A stretch of DNA of 32,000 nucleotides. It comes from an uncultured Muribaculaceae bacterium (GTDB lineage Bacteria > Pseudomonadota > Alphaproteobacteria > Rs-D84). Shown in pieces: positions 7,283-17,254 of the stretch; position 1 is the stretch's first letter; the number at the start of each line of letters is the position of its first letter. The translations under genes were made by a program, and so were the position numbers. Below the pieces are notes generated by a model. That model searched no databases, had not been told where the DNA came from, and saw only the letters and a list, made by a program, of their open reading frames with translations. The stretch covers positions 684,532 to 716,531 of the forward strand of contig OZ246409.1 of assembly GCA_965231035.1 (NCBI GenBank), in the 5' to 3' direction.

Positions 7283-9299
7283 ATTTTAACCCGTAATATT
7301 TTAACAAACTGTCTGGTTTTGGATCGCGACCCAAAAATTCACGATAAATCTCGCTCATATTTTTTGAACCACCCATTGCCAAAACTGTATCACGATATTT
7401 ATATGCAAGTTCTTTATTAAATGGGTTACCATCAAATGCTATGTATGCATCAGCAGATAAACTTTCTGCCCACAAATATGAATAATATCCAGCATCGTAT
7501 CCACCGGCAAATATATGGCTGAACGTATTTTGGAATTTGTTATATTTTGGAATTTTTATAACGGCAACTTTGCTGCGAACATTATCCAAAACAGATTGAA
7601 CTTTTTCTTCGTTTGCGCCATTTAATTGGTGTAATTCCAAATCAAACAATCCGAATTCCAGCTGACGAACCAACCACATTCCTTTTTCAAATTGGTCTGA
7701 GGCAATAATTCTTTTGATCAGAACATCTGGTATTTGTTCGCCAGTTTTATAATGTTTTCCTATTTTCTTTAATACTGTTGGATTTAACCAAAAGCTTTCC
7801 AAAAATTGAGAGGGAAATTCAACAACATCCCAGTCCACGTCAAAACCACTGCCATCAAGTTCATTTGTTGTTGAAAGTAATTGATGAACAGCATGTCCCA
7901 TTTCGTGGAAAAGTGTGTTAACATCGTTCAAAGATAGTAAGGATGGATTTTTATCTGTCCCAACCGGAAAATTTCCAACAACAACAGCCTGGGCCAAATG
8001 TTCTCGATTTTGTGAATCCATATAATGCGAAGAAAAATCACTTGCCCACGCACCGGATTTTTTCGATTCACGTGTTTGCAAATCTAAATATATACCTGCA
8101 ATAACTTTTCCATCACGAATAACGTCAAAATATTTTACATTTTTATCCCATATTTTTGCAGGGCGTTCATGAAATTCGATTCCAAACATTTCAGAAATAA
8201 CTGACATAGTTCCGTTTATAGTCGCATTCATTTCAAAATATGGCTTTGTTTCTGCTTCGTCCAGGTCATATTTTTCCTTTTTTAAAATTCGTGCATAAAA
8301 GTTAACATCCCAAGGTTGTAAATCAATCTTTGAAAATTTTTCCAAATCGTCATATTCTTTTTGTGCAACTGGTTTTGCCAGCTTTGCAATTTCTGACAGA
8401 TATTTATCTGCATGTTCTGGCGTCTTGGCATCACGGAATTGAAATGCCAATTCTGCGTAATTTTTAAATCCCAAAATTTTTGCTTTTTCGTCACGCAACT
8501 TCAAAATCTGGGGGATTATTTTTTCGTTTTCAGGTGCACGTGTAGAATAGTTTTTATACATTTCTTCACGTAAATTCCTGTCAGTTACATATTGCATAAA
8601 AGGAGCATATGACGGTGCAAGAAGAGAAAATTGCCAGCCATCTTGTGTCTTTGCAGCATCCTTGTCAGATTGTGGCATATCGCCCAGCAATTTTTCATCT
8701 TTGATTGTTATTTTATTTTTCTTATTTGCAGCAATAATATTGTTTGAAAAATCATTAGATAGTTTCGCCAGTTTTGCATCAATTTCTTTTAATCTTGCCT
8801 GTTTATCCGCTGGCAAATCGACACCGGCAATTTTAAATGCCTTGATTAAATCGTCAACAATGCGTTTTTGTGCAAAATCTAGTTTTTCATATTCATTCTT
8901 TTTAATTTCCAGCATACCATTATAAATACCATGATGTCTGGACATATCAGAAGAATAGTCAGATAAAATCGGTAATATTGCATCTACTACTTTTTGAGTT
9001 TCTGCGGAATTATTGACACTGTTCAGGTGGTAAATTGGGCCTGTAACCTCGTTTAATTTTGCATCAATATCCATCAATGGTCGTACAAAATTCATATATG
9101 TTTTGTTTTGCATTTTTACCAATTTTTCAGTTTGTACGCGTGCATCGGCTACGGCGTTTTTGACATGTACTTCGGCATTTTCCATAGCATTCAAATTAAA
9201 ATTTCCCAACATATTTTCTTTCCTTTTATCAAAAATTGCAAAAGCAACCGCTGCCAGGACAGCGATAATTCCAATAATATTCAGTATTTTGTTATTCAT
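7281..9299 (-). CDS. M3-family zinc metallopeptidase (oligopeptidase A / Dcp-like) with N-terminal membrane anchor
   Basis: 672 aa. Contains the HEMGH zinc motif (FHEMGHAVH) plus a downstream EFPSQ glutamate region typical of M3 peptidases. N-terminal hydrophobic segment ILNIIGIIAVLAAVAFAIF. Confidence 0.85.
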   Translation of the reverse strand: MNNKILNIIGIIAVLAAVAFAIFDKRKENMLGNFNLNAMENAEVHVKNAVADARVQTEKLVKMQNKTYMNFVRPLMDIDAKLNEVTGPIYHLNSVNNSAETQKVVDAILPILSDYSSDMSRHHGIYNGMLEIKKNEYEKLDFAQKRIVDDLIKAFKIAGVDLPADKQARLKEIDAKLAKLSNDFSNNIIAANKKNKITIKDEKLLGDMPQSDKDAAKTQDGWQFSLLAPSYAPFMQYVTDRNLREEMYKNYSTRAPENEKIIPQILKLRDEKAKILGFKNYAELAFQFRDAKTPEHADKYLSEIAKLAKPVAQKEYDDLEKFSKIDLQPWDVNFYARILKKEKYDLDEAETKPYFEMNATINGTMSVISEMFGIEFHERPAKIWDKNVKYFDVIRDGKVIAGIYLDLQTRESKKSGAWASDFSSHYMDSQNREHLAQAVVVGNFPVGTDKNPSLLSLNDVNTLFHEMGHAVHQLLSTTNELDGSGFDVDWDVVEFPSQFLESFWLNPTVLKKIGKHYKTGEQIPDVLIKRIIASDQFEKGMWLVRQLEFGLFDLELHQLNGANEEKVQSVLDNVRSKVAVIKIPKYNKFQNTFSHIFAGGYDAGYYSYLWAESLSADAYIAFDGNPFNKELAYKYRDTVLAMGGSKNMSEIYREFLGRDPKPDSLLKYYGLK

Positions 9300-10366
9300 A
9301 AGTCTATCAAGTTTACCAGTAATTCATCCAAAATCAATATACCTTTTTTTGTTGCAGTCAATCGGTTTTCTGGATTTATAGCAACTAAATCAGGATGATT
9401 TTTTATGAATTCAAAATCAATTACATTTTGAACATCTTCTGTTAATTTTATTCCACGAATTGTTCGCATACCTGTCATCAATTTTTCAACAGAACGTTCA
9501 CGCAAAGACATTGGTTCTAATTTTTGACCGTTTCCCATTTGTTCAAACCAAGTCCCATTAAACAGAACACGACCTGCGGCACCATTTCCAATGCCAATAT
9601 ACGGTTCACCGTCCCAAATGTTTTGATTATGTCTGCATTCAAAACCAGGCATAGCATAGTTTGAAACTTCATAGCGATTCATAATTAAATTTTCATCTAT
9701 GGTTTCATACATTTGTGCCATTATTTCATTTTCTGGCATTTCCAAATTCATTTTCGCAAATGGTGTATTTTGTTCAATCGAAAGTTCATACATTGAACAA
9801 TGATTCAAATTTAAACTATTTATTTTTTCACAAAGTTTTTTAACATCCAAAGCAGATTGATTTGGTAATCCATAAATAAAATCTGCGGATACATTTAATC
9901 CCAACTTTCTTGCATATTCTAATAATTCCAAAGCTGTTTTTGCGTTATGGATTCGACCAAGAAATTTTAATATTTCATCATCCAAAGATTGAACACCAAC
10001 AGATAATCTGTTTACACCAAAAGACTTGAAATCGGATAGCTTTTGCGCATCCAGTGTTCCTGGATTAGATTCCAAAGTTATTTCACAAGTGTTCAAAACT
10101 GAAAACTTTTCATTAATGTTTTTAATAATTTTTTCAAAAGTTTTTATAGGCATCAGCGATGGCGTTCCGCCACCAAAGAAAATTGTTGGAACTTCTATTT
10201 TGCCCAGTTTTTGATACCAAAAATCAATTTCCCCAATAATTCCATTTTGGTATTTTTCCCAATCTGGGTTTTTGCAAGCACGAGAGTAAAAAGCGCAATA
10301 ATTGCACTTGGATACACAAAAAGGGACATGAAAATAAAGGTTATGCGGTTTTAACATTAATGTCAT
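9296..10366 (-). CDS. hemW: Radical SAM heme chaperone HemW (HemN-like, oxygen-independent coproporphyrinogen oxidase family)
   Basis: 356 aa. HVPFCVSKCNYCAF holds the CxxxCxxC cluster motif; GGGTPS and the size fit HemW/YggW. Its stop overlaps the peptidase start (ATGA at 9296-9299). Confidence 0.8.
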   Translation of the reverse strand: MTLMLKPHNLYFHVPFCVSKCNYCAFYSRACKNPDWEKYQNGIIGEIDFWYQKLGKIEVPTIFFGGGTPSLMPIKTFEKIIKNINEKFSVLNTCEITLESNPGTLDAQKLSDFKSFGVNRLSVGVQSLDDEILKFLGRIHNAKTALELLEYARKLGLNVSADFIYGLPNQSALDVKKLCEKINSLNLNHCSMYELSIEQNTPFAKMNLEMPENEIMAQMYETIDENLIMNRYEVSNYAMPGFECRHNQNIWDGEPYIGIGNGAAGRVLFNGTWFEQMGNGQKLEPMSLRERSVEKLMTGMRTIRGIKLTEDVQNVIDFEFIKNHPDLVAINPENRLTATKKGILILDELLVNLIDL

Positions 10367-10431
10367 CCTAGCAAGTTTTTATATAAATTAAATCACTTTT
10401 TAATAGGTTGTTTTTATGATATAATAATCCA

Positions 10432-11925
10432 ATGAATATAGGTATGAAAAGACTTAACTTTGCTTTTTTAATGGGCGTTTTATCACCTGTTGCGGCTTTT
10501 GCAGCGCAAGAGGGGACACCTGTTTATTATCAGCAAAACCAGGCCACAAACGCAAATAGTGGTAATAGTAATTATTACCAGAATAATGGATATACTAACT
10601 ATGTTGGCCAATCTGGTCAAAAGCAAGTCATAGGAAGCCGCAGTTATTCTTATCAGGTACCAGTTACGCAATTGCCAACAACAAGTGGTACAATGACCGC
10701 AAATGGTATTTCTTTGCCTGCATCTCAGGAACCTTCCACATATCTTTATGCAGATTATGTACACGAATACGGTAATTTCAGATTTGAAACTGGTGTAAAT
10801 TCTATTCTTAAATGGAACGATATGGTTCTGAACGAGATTGATATTGGTGCACGTCATAATTTCTCGGTTCGTAATTTTGATTTGTTCGCATACGGTGAAT
10901 ATGGAATGGGAACAATGTCCAAAGGCGGTATGTCAATGGACTATGATTTGAAAGCATACGATTCATCCAGTCCAAAAGAAGGTATTTTTACAATTTCTAT
11001 GGGTGATCAATCTGGTAAAACCAGCAGTATGCGATTTGGTTTGGGTGCTTATCATGCTTGGGATATTGGTGGATGGAAATTATCGCCATCAATTGGATAT
11101 GAAATATTTAAACATAATTTGGAAATGTCAAACCATATTTACCCAAATCCTGGAATTTATCTGCCTTTGATGACAGAAAAGGGTGATTACGTTTATGGTG
11201 ACGAAGAAGGTAACTATTATGCAGTTCCAGTTGGAACCACTGTTGCTGACGATTGGTACCAAGTTTGTTTGTCACCAGAAGATATTAAAGTTGTACCAGC
11301 ATCCAGTGGCGGAACAACAACAGCTTTGGGAACCTCTCTTAGCACAGTAGATTATGATTCTACAATGGGAACAATTCCTTGGGGTGTTGGATCTGGTGAA
11401 TGCGTAATTATTGGTGGTGATGGCGAAGTCAAAATTAAAGGAACTACGCACATTTATAACACTACGTGGAGTGGATTCTTTGTTGGTTTGGAAATGGAAA
11501 AACAGATGACGTTGGCGGACAAGTTACGTTTTTATGTCCAGTTTGGTATGCCAAAATATTCATCCGAAGGTATATGGCCAAACAGAACAGATTGGCAACA
11601 AAACCCAAGCTTTATTGATGAAGGAAATAATGGGGCATATTCTTATCGTGCCGAAATGGAATACGATTATAAAATATCTGATCGTATGCAGTTGGCTTTG
11701 AAGGTTGATACTCATTACTTCTATGTTGGAAATATACCAGGAAAACTGTATGTGGCTGAATATACAACATATGTTTTGGATGACAGCGGTCAGTATGTTT
11801 TGGATACAGATGGATTGCCAATATTAAAGACTGTTTCTGCACATACAGAAGACATAAGCAATTCGTTAAAGAATGCAAACTGGCAATCTTTTGGGTTGCA
11901 TTTGGGTGCAAAATATGCATTCTAG
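10432..11925 (+). CDS. Outer-membrane beta-barrel protein (hypothetical) with Q/N/Y-rich N-terminal region
   Basis: Signal peptide ...VAAFA-AQE. Alternating amphipathic strands and a C-terminal aromatic terminus (GAKYAF), typical of BAM substrates. The start may be the internal ATG at 10444. Confidence 0.7.
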   Translation: MNIGMKRLNFAFLMGVLSPVAAFAAQEGTPVYYQQNQATNANSGNSNYYQNNGYTNYVGQSGQKQVIGSRSYSYQVPVTQLPTTSGTMTANGISLPASQEPSTYLYADYVHEYGNFRFETGVNSILKWNDMVLNEIDIGARHNFSVRNFDLFAYGEYGMGTMSKGGMSMDYDLKAYDSSSPKEGIFTISMGDQSGKTSSMRFGLGAYHAWDIGGWKLSPSIGYEIFKHNLEMSNHIYPNPGIYLPLMTEKGDYVYGDEEGNYYAVPVGTTVADDWYQVCLSPEDIKVVPASSGGTTTALGTSLSTVDYDSTMGTIPWGVGSGECVIIGGDGEVKIKGTTHIYNTTWSGFFVGLEMEKQMTLADKLRFYVQFGMPKYSSEGIWPNRTDWQQNPSFIDEGNNGAYSYRAEMEYDYKISDRMQLALKVDTHYFYVGNIPGKLYVAEYTTYVLDDSGQYVLDTDGLPILKTVSAHTEDISNSLKNANWQSFGLHLGAKYAF

Positions 11926-11936
11926 AAAATAATTCT

Positions 11937-12920
11937 ATGAAAAAAGTTTTAAAGGGAATTTTTTTAGGGCTGATTTTTTTGCCATCGATTTGTTTTGCAG
12001 ACGAGGGCAGCTTTGACCTGAACCGTTGGAATGCAATTCTGACCAATATTCAAAATCGTGCCGTTGAAATGAATATTTCAAATTATACGATAAACGAAGT
12101 AATCCAGCCTTCGGTCTTTATACCTTCAATTGTTATAAATGATAAAAATCAAAAAGAATTCACACTTACTTTGGATCAATATTTGGCACGCATTGTTAAC
12201 CCAGAAAGGATTTCATCTGGTAAAATCATACGTCATAAATATCCAACTTTGCTGCACAAGGTTGATATAAAATATGGGGTTCCTCCGCATGTTATTTTAG
12301 CTTTTTGGGGTATTGAATCAAACTATGGCGAATACAAGGCGAAATATAAATTATCAGATGCTTTTTTAACACTGATTTACAATGGCAGACGCGAAACGTT
12401 TTTTACCGATCAGTTGTTATCTTTGATGAAATCAGCAGACAAAGACAGGGTTGAAATATCCGATATATATGGAAGCTGGGCAGGGGCAATGGGTCATTTT
12501 CAGTTTATACCAACAACGTTGGAACAATATGGTGTAGATGGCAATAATGATGGTGTAATTGACATTGTTCACAGTGTCAGCGATGCAATGTTCAGTGCCG
12601 GGAACTATCTGTCAAAAATGGGTTGGAACCGACATCAAAAAATTCTTCGCCAGGTTCAATTTCCATCAGGATTTGATCCAATGCTTTTAAATGGCGATGT
12701 AAAAAAGACATTGGTTGAATGGTCTGCTTTGGGTATAACTAATCCGGATGGAACACCATTGCCGGTTTTTGATATTATTGCGGGATTGATTGCAGATAAC
12801 AGTATTCCAGGTGAAACAAGGGCATTTTTAACATATCCGAATTTTTACGTTATAAAAAGATGGAATAATTCTAATTGGTATGCTTTGGCCGTTGGTTTAT
12901 TAGCTGAAAATTTCAAATAA
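11937..12920 (+). CDS. Lytic murein transglycosylase (MltB/Slt35 family)
   Basis: Signal peptide, then GIESNYG with the catalytic Glu and GAMGHFQFIPTT, both characteristic of family-3 lytic transglycosylases. Confidence 0.85.
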   Translation: MKKVLKGIFLGLIFLPSICFADEGSFDLNRWNAILTNIQNRAVEMNISNYTINEVIQPSVFIPSIVINDKNQKEFTLTLDQYLARIVNPERISSGKIIRHKYPTLLHKVDIKYGVPPHVILAFWGIESNYGEYKAKYKLSDAFLTLIYNGRRETFFTDQLLSLMKSADKDRVEISDIYGSWAGAMGHFQFIPTTLEQYGVDGNNDGVIDIVHSVSDAMFSAGNYLSKMGWNRHQKILRQVQFPSGFDPMLLNGDVKKTLVEWSALGITNPDGTPLPVFDIIAGLIADNSIPGETRAFLTYPNFYVIKRWNNSNWYALAVGLLAENFK

Positions 12921-13032
12921 TTTTTGTGTTCAGAATTATCCAAACTCAATAATAAAAACAATTGATAACATTGATTTTCTTTGATATTCTTCAATATGTA
13001 TGAATTTATAAATTATATAAAAGGATTTATTT

Positions 13033-13998
13033 ATGGCTATCAAGGTCAGAGATTATGAGGTAAGACTTACCAGAACCTCGGCGGAAAGAAAACAAGTTCG
13101 TCAGTTGCGGTATGAAGTGTTCGTAGAAGAAGAAGGTGCATCTGCAACCGAAGAACAAAAACAACTGCGTGAGGAATACGATTCTTATGACAGATTTGCT
13201 GATTATATGGGTGTTTTCCATGGTGACAAATTGGTTGGAACATATCGAATAATTGATCGTGATGCTGCTGAAAAAATGGGTGGCTTTTATACGGAAACAG
13301 AATTCAATTTATCAAAAATTAAAAAAGCATCTGGAAATATCGCAGAAATGTCACGTGCCTGTGTTACAAAAGAATATCGTGAAAATGGACTGGTTATGCG
13401 CATGTTATGGCTGGGGTTGGGTGAATATATCGCCAAACATAAAATAACAGTTATTTTTGGTGTTGCATCTTGGGTTGGTAAAAGTCCCGTAGAATCTGCA
13501 CATGCGATTTCGTATCTTTACTATAACAACTTGTCACCTATGAAATTGCGTGCAACTGTTTTAACAGATAAATTTGCCGAAGGTATAAATCCAAAGCTGG
13601 CACGTATGAATATATTGCCAGAGGTTTTTGTTGACGAAGCAACGGCAAAAAAAGAAATGACACCATTAATCAAAGGTTATTTACGTTTGGGTGCCTCGTT
13701 CGGCAAGGGTGTTTTTATTGATGGTCCATTTAATACTTATGATGTGTTTGTAACCTTGCAGACAAAGAAAATTGCTGCGGCTTATCAGAAGCATTTTGCA
13801 GGTTCTGAAACAGCATTCGAACATTTGGGATTAAAAGATGGTGCTATAAAAACTTTGGGTAAAATAATGTTGATGCCTGTAACTGGTCCATTCAAGGCAA
13901 TGCGTGCGATTGCACAATTCTTGCTGCGTGAAGATGCCAATGATGCAGAATACATCGAAGATCCAAAAGAAACAAAACCAGAAGAACAAATTAATTAA
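13033..13998 (+). CDS. olsB: GNAT-type N-acyltransferase, ornithine-lipid synthesis OlsB-like
   Basis: LRYEVFVEEEGA, VGTYRII and MSRACVTKEYRENG resemble the OlsB / hemolysin-like acyltransferase family. It sits directly upstream of a PlsC-type acyltransferase. Confidence 0.7.
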   Translation: MAIKVRDYEVRLTRTSAERKQVRQLRYEVFVEEEGASATEEQKQLREEYDSYDRFADYMGVFHGDKLVGTYRIIDRDAAEKMGGFYTETEFNLSKIKKASGNIAEMSRACVTKEYRENGLVMRMLWLGLGEYIAKHKITVIFGVASWVGKSPVESAHAISYLYYNNLSPMKLRATVLTDKFAEGINPKLARMNILPEVFVDEATAKKEMTPLIKGYLRLGASFGKGVFIDGPFNTYDVFVTLQTKKIAAAYQKHFAGSETAFEHLGLKDGAIKTLGKIMLMPVTGPFKAMRAIAQFLLREDANDAEYIEDPKETKPEEQIN

Positions 13999-14007
13999 GG
14001 TTTTATT

Positions 14008-14826
14008 ATGGGAAAAATTCGCAAAAGAAATCTGTTCAGTCTGACGATTGCGACATTAAAAATGTTGTTTTTCTGCACAATGATATTGTTGCAATTACCT
14101 GTTATTTATTTATTGCCACGTGGCAGAATTTCTGTGCGTTATATGAAATTCTTTATGCGAATATTTATGTTGGCAACTGGAATAAGATTCAGTGTTCATG
14201 GTAAATTGTCCAAGTCGCGCCCATTGTTGGTTGTTTCAAATCATATTTCCTTGTTTGAAATGGCACCTTTGTCAGCGGCTTTTGGTTGTGGATTTTTTGG
14301 AAAAAAAGAAGCAGAAAAATATCCTGTGATTGGTTGGGTATCCAAAAGATTTAATGTTATATTTTTGGATCGTCGCCCTATATATGCTTTCAGTGCTTTG
14401 AGAGATGTTCGTAACCAAATGGGTCGCGCCAGCTATCCAATGTTCTTGTTCCCAGAAGGTACAACAACAAACGGATCTTATGTTAAAAAATTCAAAAGCA
14501 GTTTGTTTGATTTTATTGATGGTTCAAATGTCACAGTTCAACCAATTGTGATATCTTACAAATATCGTGATGGTACACCCATAGATGATGACACTTTGGC
14601 CGAACATTTTGCGTATTTCAATAATGTTGATCAAGACATGGGACCAAAGTGTTCGCGTGAACGTTCTGCTTTTGCCCAGATTTTCCATTTGATGATGTTA
14701 GGTGGTTTTAAATTAGAAGTTACTGTTTTGCCTGTGCCACCCCGCGAGGGTTTGAATAGAAAACAAATCGCAGAGGTTCTGCAAAAAAATATTTCTGATA
14801 AATATATGGAATTGAAGGATAAATAA
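14008..14826 (+). CDS. olsA: Lysolipid (lyso-ornithine lipid / 1-acylglycerol-3-phosphate) O-acyltransferase, OlsA-like
   Basis: PlsC-family blocks are present: NHISLFE (an HX4D-type block with E in place of D) and FPEGTTTNG. N-terminal TM segment. Paired with the olsB-like gene. Confidence 0.7.
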   Translation: MGKIRKRNLFSLTIATLKMLFFCTMILLQLPVIYLLPRGRISVRYMKFFMRIFMLATGIRFSVHGKLSKSRPLLVVSNHISLFEMAPLSAAFGCGFFGKKEAEKYPVIGWVSKRFNVIFLDRRPIYAFSALRDVRNQMGRASYPMFLFPEGTTTNGSYVKKFKSSLFDFIDGSNVTVQPIVISYKYRDGTPIDDDTLAEHFAYFNNVDQDMGPKCSRERSAFAQIFHLMMLGGFKLEVTVLPVPPREGLNRKQIAEVLQKNISDKYMELKDK

Positions 14827-14827
14827 A

Positions 14828-16264
14828 ATGAAAACAGCAATAACACCAACACGGGCTGAAAATTTCAGTGAATGGTATCAAAGTCTAATAACAGCGGCAG
14901 ACTTGGCAGAAAATTCACCTGTGCGTGGTTGTATGACAATAAAACCTTATGGATGGGCAATCTGGGAATTGATGCGCGATGAAATGGATAAACGTATCAA
15001 AGCAGCAGGTGTTCAAAATGCAAACTTTCCATTGTTGATACCAATTGATTTTTTTAATCGCGAGGCTGAACATGTCGCAGGCTTTGCCAAGGAATGTGCA
15101 GTTGTAACTCATCATCGTTTGAAAATGATTGATGGGCAATTACAACCTGACCCAGAATCAAAATTAACTGAACCATACATTATTCGCCCAACATCTGAAA
15201 CAATTATTGGTGATGCTATGGCGCGTTGGGTTCAAAGCTATCGCGATTTGCCTTTGAAGTTGAATCAGTGGGTGAATGTTATGCGTTGGGAAATGCGTCC
15301 ACGCTTGTTCTTGCGTACATCTGAATTTAACTGGCAAGAAGGGCATAATGTTTTTGCAACACATGCCGAGGCAAATGAAGACGCACGTAAAATGCACAAG
15401 GTTTATGGCGATTATATGCGTGAAATTTTAGCAATTGAAAGTGTGATGGGTGAAAAAACACCCGAAGAAAGATTTGCTGGTGCAGATCATACGTATACCT
15501 TAGAACACATAATGCAAGATGGTAAAGCATTACAAGCAGGTACCAGTCATGATTTGGGGCAACACTTTGCAAAATCATTTAATATTCAATTTTTGGGAAC
15601 AGAAGGAAAATTGGAAACTGCTTGGACAACCAGTTGGGGAACAACAACAAGAATGATGGGAAGTTTATTTATGATTCATTCTGATGATGATGGTTTGGTT
15701 TTGCCACCAGCTGTTGCACCATACCAGGTTGTCGTTATTCCAATTGTTCGTGAAGATAATCAAAAGGCTTTGAATGAATATGCTGAAAAGATTGGTGAAA
15801 AACTTCGCAAAAAGGGTATTCGTGTTTTGGTTGATACAACCGATGCACGTACATCAGACAAAATGTGGAAATGGATAAAACGTGGCATTCCATTGCGTGT
15901 CGAGGTTGGCGGTCGTGAAATGGAAGAAGATTCCGCAACCGTAACCCGTCGTGATTTGGGTAAGGCTTCGCAGAAAACAATCAAAGTTGATGAATTGGTA
16001 AAAAGCACATCCGGGTTATTGAAAAAGATACAAAAAGATATGCTAAAAAATGTTCAAAAAAGAAACAAGGAAATGATAACACGGGTTTCTGATTTGAAAG
16101 CATTAGAGAAAAATCTGGCAGATGGTAAAATTGGATTTTTCAAAATAAAATACCAACAAACTTTGGACGAAAAATTTGACGAATTGATGGAAAAATATAA
16201 AATCAGCAGACGCTGTTTGGATGAAAAAGATCCAGATTTCGTGTATGTTGCAAAATCTTACTGA
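14828..16264 (+). CDS. proS: Proline--tRNA ligase, archaeal/eukaryote-like architecture
   Basis: 478 aa. N-terminus TRAENFSEWYQSLITAADLAENSPVRGCMTIKPYGWAIWE, class II motifs, no large INS editing insertion, and a C-terminal extension ending in Tyr (VAKSY). Confidence 0.9.
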   Translation: MKTAITPTRAENFSEWYQSLITAADLAENSPVRGCMTIKPYGWAIWELMRDEMDKRIKAAGVQNANFPLLIPIDFFNREAEHVAGFAKECAVVTHHRLKMIDGQLQPDPESKLTEPYIIRPTSETIIGDAMARWVQSYRDLPLKLNQWVNVMRWEMRPRLFLRTSEFNWQEGHNVFATHAEANEDARKMHKVYGDYMREILAIESVMGEKTPEERFAGADHTYTLEHIMQDGKALQAGTSHDLGQHFAKSFNIQFLGTEGKLETAWTTSWGTTTRMMGSLFMIHSDDDGLVLPPAVAPYQVVVIPIVREDNQKALNEYAEKIGEKLRKKGIRVLVDTTDARTSDKMWKWIKRGIPLRVEVGGREMEEDSATVTRRDLGKASQKTIKVDELVKSTSGLLKKIQKDMLKNVQKRNKEMITRVSDLKALEKNLADGKIGFFKIKYQQTLDEKFDELMEKYKISRRCLDEKDPDFVYVAKSY

Positions 16265-16265
16265 T

Positions 16266-16293
16266 AAAAAAAGGGGGCACGTGCCCCTTTTTT
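16266..16293 (+). terminator. Rho-independent terminator after proS
   Basis: AAAAAAGGGGGCAC/GTGCCCC hairpin (16273-16287) followed by TTTTTT (16288-16293). Confidence 0.85.
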
Positions 16294-16324
16294 ATGCTAT
16301 AATAATTCAGTAAAAGAGGAAGAT

Positions 16325-17254
16325 ATGAAAATAGCAATAATCGGTGTCGGAACTGTTGGATCTGCAATTGCCACAGCTGTTCATAATACTGGATTGGTTC
16401 GTGAAATTGCTTTGTACGACCGTGACAATGTTCGTGCGCAGGCAGCTGCCGAAGATTTGGGGCATGCGGGTGCTTTTAACTTTGATGTTAAAATTAATGC
16501 TGTTAATGACTATCGCGGTATACGTGGCAGTGATATTGTGATTATATCTGCAGGCGCAAATCAAAAGCAGGGGCAAACAAGAATGGATTTGCTGAAAGCA
16601 AATACAGCGGTTATTCGTGATGTAATTCCCCAGATTATGAAAAATGTAGATTCAAAAAAAGTAATATTGATTGTAGTCACGAATCCTTTGGACGTTATGG
16701 TCATGCTGGCGACGCAGCTTTCTGGGTTACCAGCCGAACAGGTAATTGGTACTGGCACAATGTTGGATTCAGCAAGGTTTAAAACAATTTTATCCAGACA
16801 TTTGGATGTTTCTGCTCGTTCAATAAATTCTTTTGTTTTGGGTGAACATGGCGACAGCAGTGTTTTGAATTGGTCATCTGTTACAGTGGGAAATTTATCA
16901 CTGGATGATTTCTGTAAACAGGTTAAAGTACCTTTGACTGCCGTTACACGTAAGACAATTGAATATCGGGTTCATAATGCTGCATACGAAATAATCAAAG
17001 GTCGTGGTGCAACATGGGATGGTATTGGTGCTGCAGTTGCAGATTTATTAAGGTGCATAGCAAATGATGAAAAAAGAATATTGACAGTTAGTATAAATGA
17101 AGGTGTTGGCAAAAATTCTGTTTCAATGTCAATGCCACGAATTGTTGGGATAAAAGGTGTAATTGGAACGTTAATTCCAGAAATGCATCTTGCGGAATCA
17201 AAGGCATTGCAAAAAAGTGCAGAAGTTATAAAAGCAGGTTTTAAAAAGATTTAA
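16325..17254 (+). CDS. ldh: L-lactate dehydrogenase (LDH/MDH superfamily, LDH-type specificity residue)
   Basis: Rossmann motif MKIAIIGVGTVGSA. The substrate loop AGANQKQGQTRMDLL has Gln where MDHs have Arg. Catalytic-His region VLGEHGDSS. GAGGAAG RBS. Confidence 0.8.
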   Translation: MKIAIIGVGTVGSAIATAVHNTGLVREIALYDRDNVRAQAAAEDLGHAGAFNFDVKINAVNDYRGIRGSDIVIISAGANQKQGQTRMDLLKANTAVIRDVIPQIMKNVDSKKVILIVVTNPLDVMVMLATQLSGLPAEQVIGTGTMLDSARFKTILSRHLDVSARSINSFVLGEHGDSSVLNWSSVTVGNLSLDDFCKQVKVPLTAVTRKTIEYRVHNAAYEIIKGRGATWDGIGAAVADLLRCIANDEKRILTVSINEGVGKNSVSMSMPRIVGIKGVIGTLIPEMHLAESKALQKSAEVIKAGFKKI

